Source: Planctomycetota bacterium
GTDB taxonomy: Bacteria; Planctomycetota; PLA2; JAEUHO01
Assembly (NCBI GenBank): GCA_050248855.1
Contig: JBFWRP010000006.1
Coordinates: 1 to 64,000 of the forward strand
Reading direction: 5' to 3'
Length of the DNA stretch: 64,000 nt
The notes under the pieces are model-generated. The model worked only from the letters and a program-made list of their open reading frames with translations. It ran no database searches and was not told the DNA's origin. The position numbers and the translations under genes are program-made. How positions within the stretch are numbered: the stretch's first letter is position 1; each line of letters starts with the position of its first letter. Positions 39,418-48,169 of this stretch are shown one piece after another.

Positions 39418-40041
39418 ATGTTGCACGCGGTGCCTGATGCCCCCGGGGTCGAGCTCCTGACCGCGATCTTGGACCGGGCGGCGGCGAAGCACCGGCACCT
39501 CTGTCCACGCCAGGTTCTCGGCGCGCGCATGGCGCTCGCGGGTGCGGCCGCGCTGGGCCTGGAGGTGCCGCGCGACGACAAGCGCCTGCTCGCCATCACC
39601 GAGACCGACGGGTGCTTCGTGACGGCCCTGGAAGAAGCCGCGGGCGTCCGGGTCGGCGCCCGCACGCTACGGGTCGTCGATGTGGGCAAGGTCGCAGTCA
39701 CCTTCGCGGACATCCAGACCGAGCTGGCCGTGCGCGTGTCCCCGGCAGCAGGCGTGCGCACGACGTCACTCGAGCTCGCCGACGCGGGGGAGACGCGGAG
39801 GTGGCACGCGATGCTGCAGGGCTACGGCCGCATGCCCACCAGCCAGCTGCTGGACGTCCGGCGCGTGCGTCTCTCGCCGGCTGCGGCGTGGTTGCACGGT
39901 CGTCCCCATGTCCGCGTTGCCTGTACGTCCTGCGCCGAGGAGGTCGTCAACGGGCGCGAAGTCGAGGGCCCGCGGGGACCGCTCTGTCTGCCTTGCGCAG
40001 GGACGAGCTACTACGAGGACGTTTCGCCGAAGGGCTCGTGA
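39418..40041 (+). CDS. FmdE family protein with C-terminal C4 zinc finger
   Basis: HRHLCPRQVLGARM, ETDGCF, GKVAVTF; CTSC...CLPC. Confidence 0.85.
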   Translation: MLHAVPDAPGVELLTAILDRAAAKHRHLCPRQVLGARMALAGAAALGLEVPRDDKRLLAITETDGCFVTALEEAAGVRVGARTLRVVDVGKVAVTFADIQTELAVRVSPAAGVRTTSLELADAGETRRWHAMLQGYGRMPTSQLLDVRRVRLSPAAAWLHGRPHVRVACTSCAEEVVNGREVEGPRGPLCLPCAGTSYYEDVSPKGS

Positions 40042-40244
40042 TCGACGCCGCGCGGAGCCCATGAGGGCTCGGCGCTCGCGCCTCCGCCGAGAGCGGCTTC
40101 GCGACGTGATGCGTTCCGGGTGTTCGATCCAAGACCGAATCGGTCGGTGTGCCAAGCGTCGCGGCATCGGCGCGCGGCCCACTGTCCGCTGCACGACAGG
40201 AAGATGCCTGCTCCCTGCGCGTTGGCTCTTGCGGAGGGCTTGTC

Positions 40245-40826
40245 ATGTTCCCGACGGATGGGACCCTGGACCGACGCGGTGTCCTCGGTGCAGGCGCCGC
40301 TCTCGCCGCGGCACTCTGTTGTCGGCCGTGGCCGCTGCTTCGCCGCGCGGTTGCGGAGCCGACACCCGCGAGCGGCCCGCCTCGCCACATGGCGCTCGTC
40401 ACTTGGCAGGTGCTCGCCGCGGTCCAAGAGCTCTTGCTACCCCAAGACGACCTGGGCCCCGGAGCATCGACCGTCAACGCCCTCGGCTACTTGGACGCCG
40501 TCCTGGGCGAGCCGGGGCTCGAACCCGACGTCGCGCCGCGCCTGCAGTCAGGCGCCGAGCGTCTCGATCGCCTCTGCCGGCAGCACCACCGGCGGCCCTT
40601 CGTGGCGCTCGAGCCCGCCCTGCGCGAACGCGCCCTGCTGGAGCTGGACGGACAGCCCGAGGGGCGCGCGTGGATCACCGAGCTCCTCGGCTTCCTCCTC
40701 GAGGCACTGCTTGGCGATCCCGCGCGTGGTGCCAACCCCGACGAACTGGGCTGGAAGTGGCTGGGGTACGAACCGGCGCTTCCACGTCCTCCGCATGCGG
40801 GCTGGCGTCCTCGGGAGTCGTCATGA
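40245..40826 (+). CDS. Gluconate 2-dehydrogenase subunit 3 family (Tat-exported small subunit)
   Basis: DRRGVL Tat motif; LLP.DD.GPGA; LEALLGDP..GAN...GWKWLG. Confidence 0.85.
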   Translation: MFPTDGTLDRRGVLGAGAALAAALCCRPWPLLRRAVAEPTPASGPPRHMALVTWQVLAAVQELLLPQDDLGPGASTVNALGYLDAVLGEPGLEPDVAPRLQSGAERLDRLCRQHHRRPFVALEPALRERALLELDGQPEGRAWITELLGFLLEALLGDPARGANPDELGWKWLGYEPALPRPPHAGWRPRESS

Positions 40827-42505
40827 GGGAAGAGACCGACGTCTGCGTCGTGGGTAGCGGCGCGGGAGGAGCTCCGGTCGCGGCGGCCGTTGCCGAGGCC
40901 GGGTACCGGGCGATCGTCCTGGAGAAGGGCCCGTACCTCGAGCGCGACCAGATGCCCAAGGACGAGATCCTCTTCGTCCGCAGGAGCACCCTGACGCCGT
41001 CCCTTGCCGAGGAGCCCCAGGTCCAGGAGTGGGGCGACGCCGCGGGACGCCGCTGGTGGGCCCGAACATCGGCGTTCCGCAACGCGTGCGTGGTGGGCGG
41101 CGCGACGCGGATCATGAGCGGTTTCTTCCTGCGCATGAAGGCGGACGACTTCCGGCTGCGCTCGGTCCATGGCCCCGTACCGGGAGCATCGGTCAGCGAC
41201 TGGCCTTGGGGCCTGTCCGAGCTGGAGCCGTGGTACGACCGGGTCGAACGTGTGGTCGGCGTGTCGGGTTGCGTCGCCGAGCTGCCGCCGGCGCTGGTCG
41301 ATCGACGGTCATCGGCCGCGTTCCCGCAGCCGCCGACGCTGGAGCACCCGCTCGCCGAGCACATCGACGACGTGCTGGGTGGACAGGGCCTTCACCCGTT
41401 CCCCTTGCCCCGTGCCGTGCTGAGCGAGCCTCGCGAAGGCCGGGACGCGTGCGAGTACCAAGGCTTCTGTGGCAGCTACGGATGCACGAGCGGCGCCAAG
41501 GGGAGCGCGTACGAGGCCTTCCTGCGTCCCGCGGAGCAGACGCGGCGCTGCACCGTGCGTGCGCGCGCACACGTCACGCACCTGGAGACCGACCGCCGCG
41601 GCATCGTGCGCCGCGCCTGGTGGCGCGACGCACGCAACGAGCTGCACAGCGTCGAAGCGAGCGTCTTCGTCGTCGCCTGTGGCGCGATCGAGTCGGCTCG
41701 CTTGCTGCTCGGGTCACGGGGCCCCCGGCATCCACACGGCTTGGCCAACGGGAGCGGGCAGGTCGGGCGGAACCTGCTGTTTTCCGCCGCGGGGGCGGCC
41801 ATCGGCGACATGGCCCACGAGGATCACCCGGACGTGGACCTGGGGTCCTGGGAGCCCTTCATCAACCGCGCGCTGCAGGACCACTACGTGCTGACGGGGC
41901 CCGACGGACGGGATCGACGCGGCGGCACGTTGGTGTTCCTGTTCGTCCACCCGCACCCCATCGGCAATGCGCTGGGGCACGCCCTGTCCGGTGGGGGGCG
42001 TCCCCTCTGGGGACGCGCCCTGAAGCAGCGCATCCTGGCTCATGCGAAGCAGGGGCGCCGACTGGAAGTCGAGGCGTTCGGGAACTGGCTTCCGCATCCC
42101 GGTGCGCGCGTCGTGCTCGACCCCGTGGTGCGCGATCACCACGGCCTCCCCGTGGCTCGCGTGACGGCGGACGTCCACCCCCACACCAAGCATGGCGCCG
42201 TGCGTCTGGCCGAGCTGGGCGCGAGCCACCTGCACGCATTGGGTGCCCGCGGCGTCCGCCTTCCGCCGACCAACGGAGGGCCGAGCACCAATCTCGTGGG
42301 CGGCACGTGTCGCGCGGGCGACGATCCCCGCATCTCGGTGTTGGACCGGGACTGTCGGGCCCACGAGGTCCGCAACCTGTTCGTGACGGACGGGAGCTTC
42401 ATGCCTTCGGGCGGCGCGGTCCCGTTCACCTTCACGATCTACGCCAACGCCATGCGCGTGGGGCAGCGCATCGTGGAGCAGCTCGGGGGTCCGCGGCCCG
42501 GGTAG
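40823..42505 (+). CDS. GMC family FAD oxidoreductase (flavoprotein dehydrogenase large subunit)
   Basis: VVGSGAGG, LEKGP, Cys cluster CEYQGFCGSYGC, GAIESARLLL, GGTCRAGDDP..SVLD, TIYANA. Confidence 0.92.
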   Translation: MREETDVCVVGSGAGGAPVAAAVAEAGYRAIVLEKGPYLERDQMPKDEILFVRRSTLTPSLAEEPQVQEWGDAAGRRWWARTSAFRNACVVGGATRIMSGFFLRMKADDFRLRSVHGPVPGASVSDWPWGLSELEPWYDRVERVVGVSGCVAELPPALVDRRSSAAFPQPPTLEHPLAEHIDDVLGGQGLHPFPLPRAVLSEPREGRDACEYQGFCGSYGCTSGAKGSAYEAFLRPAEQTRRCTVRARAHVTHLETDRRGIVRRAWWRDARNELHSVEASVFVVACGAIESARLLLGSRGPRHPHGLANGSGQVGRNLLFSAAGAAIGDMAHEDHPDVDLGSWEPFINRALQDHYVLTGPDGRDRRGGTLVFLFVHPHPIGNALGHALSGGGRPLWGRALKQRILAHAKQGRRLEVEAFGNWLPHPGARVVLDPVVRDHHGLPVARVTADVHPHTKHGAVRLAELGASHLHALGARGVRLPPTNGGPSTNLVGGTCRAGDDPRISVLDRDCRAHEVRNLFVTDGSFMPSGGAVPFTFTIYANAMRVGQRIVEQLGGPRPG

Positions 42506-42533
42506 GCAGACGCGGCCGCAGACCTCCTGGGGC

Positions 42534-43214
42534 CTAGGAGGCCAGCGCGCGCGGGAAGAGGATGTTGTTCTCCAGGTGGATGTGCTCGTGGAGGGATCGC
42601 TCCAAGTCCGCCAAGCCATGCCAGAGGGCGGTCCACGTGTTGCACGCCCCCGCGGGAACCGTGTATCCGTCGGTCAGCTCGCGCAGCTGTTCCAGCAGCG
42701 TGCCCGCCTGGTCGTGTTCGAGCATCATCACGTGGACGGGACCCTGCGCCATGGCTCCCCGACCCGCGCGGATCATGGGGAACAGGATCATCTCCTCCTT
42801 GCGCATGTGGGGCTCGAGCTCGGCGCGCAGCTCGCTGCACACGCGCGAGATGGCACGTAGACGATCGGGGTCCTTGGGACCATGGACCGCGTGGACCTTG
42901 CGGGCCATGGCCTCGAGGCGGGGGAGCTCGTCGTCGAGGGGACGGTGGTACGTCTCGAGGATGTGGTCGATGAGCTCCCCCAGGGGAGCGTCGAGCCAGC
43001 GACGGGGCTGCGCCTCCGTCATTTCGAGCTCTGCTTGCAGCTCGGCGAGGACGCGGTCCACCTCCAAGCCCTTCGTGCTGCAGACGGCGCCAAGGGGTGC
43101 GCCACCGCCGCAGCAGTAGTCGATGCCGTGGCGCGTGAAGACGCGCGCCGTGAGGGGAGCGGTGGCCACGATGTGGCCCACCGGCGTGTCGGAACCGATA
43201 TCCTGGACGTGCAT
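42534..43214 (-). CDS. ric: Iron-sulfur cluster repair di-iron protein (RIC/YtfE/ScdA)
   Basis: IDYCCGG, HILETYH, HMRKEE.ILFP, EHD, ACNTW, HIHLENNILF. Confidence 0.95.
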   Translation of the reverse strand: MHVQDIGSDTPVGHIVATAPLTARVFTRHGIDYCCGGGAPLGAVCSTKGLEVDRVLAELQAELEMTEAQPRRWLDAPLGELIDHILETYHRPLDDELPRLEAMARKVHAVHGPKDPDRLRAISRVCSELRAELEPHMRKEEMILFPMIRAGRGAMAQGPVHVMMLEHDQAGTLLEQLRELTDGYTVPAGACNTWTALWHGLADLERSLHEHIHLENNILFPRALAS

Positions 43215-43218
43215 GGGA

Positions 43219-43836
43219 TCAACTCCTCGGGGAAGGGGACGTCACCAGCGGGGCGAACATCCGGAACAGCTCGTCCACGACCCGGTTCGGGGACGGCCGG
43301 CGTGGCCGTGCCGGACCCGGCGCGGGCGTGACGAGTGCGTGGACCGTGGACGTGAACACGACCTGCAACGTGGAGGGCGCAATGTCGGTGCGGATCTCGC
43401 CGCCACGGACACCCTCGGCGATCGCACCTCGGATGGCTTCCTGCGTCCGCCGGATCATTCCCTCCAGCTGCTCGACCCCTTGGGGCGGGAGGCTCAGGGC
43501 GGCCTCTTCCGAACGCAGCAGCCAGGCGATCCCCGGTTGGGCGCGCAGCAGCTGCACGCGCGCCAGGGCCAGCTGACGCAAGCGGGCCAGGGGAGCGTCG
43601 TCGCCCGGGGGGAGGGTCTCGGCGAGGAGCGCCACGGCCCGCTGCACGGCCTCGTCGAGGATCGCCTCGCGCGTGGCGAAGTGCCGGAACAGCGCACCTG
43701 ACGTCAGGCCCACGCTCGATGCGAGGGATGTCGTCGTCAGGGCGGTGAGCCCTCGCCGGCCGATGATGTCCAGCGCCGCATCGGCGATCTGCGCGCGGCG
43801 CACGGTGCCTGGAAGTCGTTGGCGGCGGCTGGCCAT
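43219..43836 (-). CDS. TetR/AcrR family transcriptional regulator
   Basis: RRAQIADAALDII...TTTSLASSVGLTSGALFRHFATREAI. Confidence 0.92.
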   Translation of the reverse strand: MASRRQRLPGTVRRAQIADAALDIIGRRGLTALTTTSLASSVGLTSGALFRHFATREAILDEAVQRAVALLAETLPPGDDAPLARLRQLALARVQLLRAQPGIAWLLRSEEAALSLPPQGVEQLEGMIRRTQEAIRGAIAEGVRGGEIRTDIAPSTLQVVFTSTVHALVTPAPGPARPRRPSPNRVVDELFRMFAPLVTSPSPRS

Positions 43837-43844
43837 GGCGTGGA

Positions 43845-43868
43845 AAGTAAGTAAGAACTTGCTTGCTT
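43845..43868. promoter_or_regulatory. Imperfect inverted repeat, candidate TetR operator
   Basis: AAGTAAGTAAG-AA-CTTGCTTGCTT, AT-rich, 8 bp upstream of the TetR start. Confidence 0.6.
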
Positions 43869-43930
43869 GCAACTTTTTCCCTGGCGTGGGGGGGGACACG
43901 GGGATGACGCGTCGGCCGCCGTCGGCTCCG

Positions 43931-45724
43931 CTACGGCAGGTCCGGGGAGGCGCGGCCCAGCGCCGCATCCACGGAGAGCGGTCCCGAGCCACGCCACGCC
44001 ACGAGCAGCAGGGTGAACAGGACGAACGCGGCCAGCTGGAAGCCCTCGTTGGTCCCCAGCAGATCGCGCGGGCCCCCTTCCCCGAACAGGTGCATGCCGA
44101 CGGCGCCTACCAAGACGACGGCGTTGGCGAGCGCGGCGATCCGCGTGAAGAAGCCCAGGGCCAGCATGATGCCGCCCACGCCGTGGGCGAGCACGACGCA
44201 CCAGCTCACGAACGTCTGCCAGTCCGGCAGGGGCCCGGCCAGACGCTGCTCGATGTCGTTCATGTTGCTGACGAAGTAGACGCCCTTGATCATCAGCGCG
44301 ATCCCCAGGTAGATGCGCAGGAGGTCGGCCGGGCGAACGCGCTGGAGAAGTGCTGCCAGGCGCGGGCGCGGCGGGCGAGCCACGCGGCGGGCGCGTGCCT
44401 CGCGCTCACGAGCGGCCATCGCGGCCTCGTACTCCTCGCGCGCCACCTTCTCTTCCGCGGGACTGAAGCGGACCAGGAGGGCCGCGAAGGAGAACGCGCA
44501 GACCAGCGCGCCGAGCAGCAGCAGGACGCCTGCGTAGGCGGAGGTTTCCGTGCGGAACAGGAACCCCGCTGACACGGCGCCCAGGTTGCCGCCGGCTCCG
44601 ACGATGCCTGACACCGAGCCGAGCGCCTTGCGGTTGATGAAGGGGACGACGGAGTAGGTCGCGCCTTCGGACATCTGGACGAACAGGCTGAAGACGATCA
44701 TCACGGGGATCGCGACGGCCAGCACGCGAGCCTGGCTGAATGCGACCAGGGCGAGGCCTTCGCAGAGCACGGCAAGGAAGAGCCACCGCACGCGCCCGCC
44801 CAGGCCGTGGCGGCCCACGAAGCGGTCACTGACGTAGCCGCCGAGGGTGCGCGCGAAGATGTTCATCAGACCGAACAAGCCGGCCACGAGGCCCGCGGTG
44901 GCGATGCCGAGCCCGAACACGTCGGCGTAGTAGAGGGCGGCGACGTTGTTGATCGTGAGCTCGATGCCGAAGCAGCAGGCGTAGACGAGGAAGAGCGCCC
45001 AGACGCGGCGGTCCCGCATGGCAGCGCGCAGGCCTCCCCCGGAGGACGAGCGGGCCGCCGGGGCCAGGCCGCGCGCCCGGAGCTCGGCGAGGTTGCCGTG
45101 GGGCGTGTCCGTCGTCAGGAAGAAGTAGGCCACGCCGACCAGGAAGCAGACGATCCCGGCCGCCAGCATCGACAGCCTCCAGCTGGCGCTGGTCGAGAAG
45201 CCCAGGCCGACGAAGGCCGCAAGGACCAGAGGCATCACGATCTGCGTGACGCCGCCGCCCAGGTTGCCCCACCCCGCGCTCGTCGCGTTGGCCGTGCCGA
45301 CGCAGTTGGGCGCGAACATCACGGACGTGTGGTACTGCGTGATCACGAACGACGCGCCGATCACGCCGATGCCCAACCGGGCCAGGAGGAAGCTCTCGTA
45401 CGAGCTGGCGAGGCCGATCGCCATGACGGGTAGGGAGCCGAGCGTGAGGAGCAGGGTGTAGGCGATGCGAGGACCGATGCGGTCGCAGAGCCAGCCGATG
45501 AGGAGACGGGCCAGGATCGTGATGCCGACCGACGCGATCATCGTGTTGGCCACCTGGGTCGGCGTCAGCGCGAGCTCCTTGCGGACGATGAGCATCAGGG
45601 GCGCGATGCCGAACCAGGCGAAGAAGCAGAGGAAGAACGAGAACCAGGCCATGTGGAAGGCACGCATGGGCCTCGTCCGGAAGTCGAACAAGCTGATGCG
45701 TGTCGCCTTGCCCGAGTCGTCCAC
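43931..45724 (-). CDS. narK: NRT2/NarK1-type nitrate transporter (MFS) with C-terminal DoxX-like domain
   Basis: RAFHMAWFSFFLCFFAWF, GTANATSAGWGNLGGG, FGLMNIFARTLGG, GIVGAGGNLG; then LLRIYLGIALMIKG...LALGFFTRIAA...GSGPLSVD. Confidence 0.9.
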   Translation of the reverse strand: MDDSGKATRISLFDFRTRPMRAFHMAWFSFFLCFFAWFGIAPLMLIVRKELALTPTQVANTMIASVGITILARLLIGWLCDRIGPRIAYTLLLTLGSLPVMAIGLASSYESFLLARLGIGVIGASFVITQYHTSVMFAPNCVGTANATSAGWGNLGGGVTQIVMPLVLAAFVGLGFSTSASWRLSMLAAGIVCFLVGVAYFFLTTDTPHGNLAELRARGLAPAARSSSGGGLRAAMRDRRVWALFLVYACCFGIELTINNVAALYYADVFGLGIATAGLVAGLFGLMNIFARTLGGYVSDRFVGRHGLGGRVRWLFLAVLCEGLALVAFSQARVLAVAIPVMIVFSLFVQMSEGATYSVVPFINRKALGSVSGIVGAGGNLGAVSAGFLFRTETSAYAGVLLLLGALVCAFSFAALLVRFSPAEEKVAREEYEAAMAAREREARARRVARPPRPRLAALLQRVRPADLLRIYLGIALMIKGVYFVSNMNDIEQRLAGPLPDWQTFVSWCVVLAHGVGGIMLALGFFTRIAALANAVVLVGAVGMHLFGEGGPRDLLGTNEGFQLAAFVLFTLLLVAWRGSGPLSVDAALGRASPDLP

Positions 45725-45780
45725 GGCACTCTCCCGGGCCGCCGGACCTTGCAGGGAGGCAGCCGGCCGTGTCGCGTCCA

Positions 45781-45797
45781 CGCACGCGCCGTGCCGG
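45781..45797 (-). promoter_or_regulatory. Sigma54 promoter candidate for narK-DoxX
   Basis: Minus strand CCGGCACGGCGCGTGCG = GG-N10-GC, about 57 nt upstream of the start. Confidence 0.45.
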
Positions 45798-46006
45798 TGC
45801 GCGGGGGGGGTGCAGCGCGCAACGTCTCCGGGCGCGCCAGGGCGTGTACCCCTTCGCAGGCCCCCGATCGGCTCTTGGGGTTCGTCGCGTGAGCCGACGG
45901 CCAGGTGGTGGCGACAGCCGTGCATCCTCCGGTATGCGGCGGCAGGCGGCCTCCTGCGTGGGCCGCAGGCAGACGCAGCGGTTCCCGGGGGATAGGCTTG
46001 AGGCTC

Positions 46007-48169
46007 ATGCGCGACCCGCTGGGCAACGTCTCCGTCCGCTGGAAGCTGCCCCTTGGCTTTCTCGCCGTGTGCCTGGTCTCGTTCGGCCTGGGGGGCTGGA
46101 TCCTGACCCGATCCATCGAGTCCGCGCTGATGGAGCAGATCGACCAGCGGCTCGACGAGCGGGCCGTGGCCACCGGGCTGGTCGTCCAGCGGCAGCAAGA
46201 CCTGTACGTGCGGCGCGTCGAGGACTTCGCGAGCGACGGATACATCCGGGCGCGCGTTGCGGAGCTGCTGGAGGCCCAGGAGGGGTCCAGCGCCGCCCGT
46301 GATGCGCTGGCGCGCCACTTGGCCCAGAACAAGCTCGCCCTGTCGCCCGTCCTGGCGGCGGCGCACGTCCTGGGACCTGGAGGCGAGCTCCTGCTCTCGG
46401 TCCCGCCGGACGCCCGCCTCGACGGGCTTCCGGCGAGCGGCCAGGCGTCCGCCATCGGGCCGCTCCGCGAGCCGGAGTCCCCACGGGACCATCCCGCCTT
46501 CACGATTGCCACGCCGCTCCGCGCCCTCGATGGCCAGGGGGACCTGGGACGGCTCGCCATCGTCCTGCGGGCCGACCGGTGGGCATCCGAGCTGCACGCT
46601 GCCGAGCGGGCGTCCGCCCTGCCACTACTCGCGGTGGGCCTACTGGATCCCGAAGGAGGCAGGCTGGTCGTGGAGTCCTCGGCGGCGGCGCCTCCCACGT
46701 CGCAGGCCAGGACCCATCAGCTGGCCAACGGCTGGTCGCTCGAGCTCGTCGTCGACCGTGACCGTGCCCTGGAGCCGGTTGCGCGCCTCTTGCGGTACGT
46801 GTTCGTGGTCGGCGCGGGCCTGCTGGCGCTCGTCGGCCTCGTGCTGTTCTTCCCCTTGCGCTTCCTTCTCGCGCCGCTGTCGCGGATCGCCGAGGCGGCG
46901 CGTCGCGTGGCGGCCGGGGACTTCGCCGCGCGCGTCGACGCCACGTCGGGCGACGAGATCGGTGAGCTGGGAAAGGCCTTCAACATCATGGCCGCCGCCG
47001 TGGAGGAGCGGACAGGCGGCCTCCAGCGGGCCGCCGAGGACCTCCGGAGCCGCCAGCAGGAGATCCGGCTCGAGCGCGACCGTCTCGAGGCCGTCATCCA
47101 CTCGATGGAAGACGGCTTGTTCATCCTGGATGCCGAGGGTCGCGTCGTCCTGGCCAACGCAGCGGCGCGGCCGTTGGTGGACGCGCTTGCGGCGGACTCG
47201 CTCCGGGGGCTGGAGTGCGGCCACCTCGAGGCCACGCAGAGGAACTGCTCCAAGTGCCTGACCGGCATCCATCGCGAGCAACAGACCTGCGTCCTCGAGC
47301 GGGATGGCCGGATCTACGAGATCCACACGACCACGCTGCCCGCCGCTCCGGGCACGAGACCCAGCCGGTTGTGCGTGAGTCGTGACATGACGGAGCGCAT
47401 CGCACGCCAGGAGACCCACGCCCACCAAGAGCGCATGGCCGTGTTGGGGGAAGTCGCTGCGGTCATGGCACACGAGCTGAACAACCCCCTTGCGGCCATC
47501 AGCATGTTCGGCGAGATGCTGGAGCCTGGCGCCAAGGACCAGGACCAAGTGGCCGAGTGCGCTGCGGTGATCCGACGCAACGCCGCGGCGTGCAAGCGCA
47601 CGATTGCCGGCCTCCTCGACCTGGCGGCGCGCGGCCAGCTCGAGATGGTCGAGTTCGACCTGCACCTGCTGCTCGACGAGGTGAAGACGCTGCTGCGCCC
47701 CGTGGCCGAGCGTGCCCGCGTTTCCATCCAGCTGGCCGAGGGCGCATCCGACCCGACCCTGTTCGGCGACGAGGTCCGCTTGCGGCAGGTGTTCATCAAC
47801 CTCGTGATGAACGCCTTGCAGGCCACGGGGCCCGGCGGTCGCGTCACGATCCAGACGGAGGACGCGGCGGCGGGTGTACTGGTTCGTGTTGCCGACACGG
47901 GAGCCGGGATCCCGGAGTCGGTGCGCGAGCGGGTCTTCGAGCCGTTCTTCACGACCAAGGGTGTAGGCGCGGGAACGGGACTCGGGCTTCCGACCTCCCG
48001 CCGGATCGTCCAGGAGCATGGCGGGCGCCTCGCGTTGGATGCGACCGGACCGGGCGGCACCACGTTCTCCGTCTATCTCGTGCGCAAGCCGGCCTACCGG
48101 GACTGGGAGGCGCGGGCGCGGCGTCAAGCCGGGGTGGTGTCGAATCGCCCGGCGGAGCCCCTGGCATGA
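46007..48169 (+). CDS. Sensor histidine kinase (TM-periplasmic-TM-HAMP-Cys-rich PAS-HisKA-HATPase)
   Basis: DEIGELGKAFN HAMP; AHELNNPL; QVFINLVMNA; DTGAGIP; FEPFFTTK.GTGLGL. Confidence 0.95.
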   Translation: MRDPLGNVSVRWKLPLGFLAVCLVSFGLGGWILTRSIESALMEQIDQRLDERAVATGLVVQRQQDLYVRRVEDFASDGYIRARVAELLEAQEGSSAARDALARHLAQNKLALSPVLAAAHVLGPGGELLLSVPPDARLDGLPASGQASAIGPLREPESPRDHPAFTIATPLRALDGQGDLGRLAIVLRADRWASELHAAERASALPLLAVGLLDPEGGRLVVESSAAAPPTSQARTHQLANGWSLELVVDRDRALEPVARLLRYVFVVGAGLLALVGLVLFFPLRFLLAPLSRIAEAARRVAAGDFAARVDATSGDEIGELGKAFNIMAAAVEERTGGLQRAAEDLRSRQQEIRLERDRLEAVIHSMEDGLFILDAEGRVVLANAAARPLVDALAADSLRGLECGHLEATQRNCSKCLTGIHREQQTCVLERDGRIYEIHTTTLPAAPGTRPSRLCVSRDMTERIARQETHAHQERMAVLGEVAAVMAHELNNPLAAISMFGEMLEPGAKDQDQVAECAAVIRRNAAACKRTIAGLLDLAARGQLEMVEFDLHLLLDEVKTLLRPVAERARVSIQLAEGASDPTLFGDEVRLRQVFINLVMNALQATGPGGRVTIQTEDAAAGVLVRVADTGAGIPESVRERVFEPFFTTKGVGAGTGLGLPTSRRIVQEHGGRLALDATGPGGTTFSVYLVRKPAYRDWEARARRQAGVVSNRPAEPLA

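Noticed and set aside
40133..40145. Palindrome GACCGAATCGGTC as an operator
   Set aside because: Single short instance; could be chance
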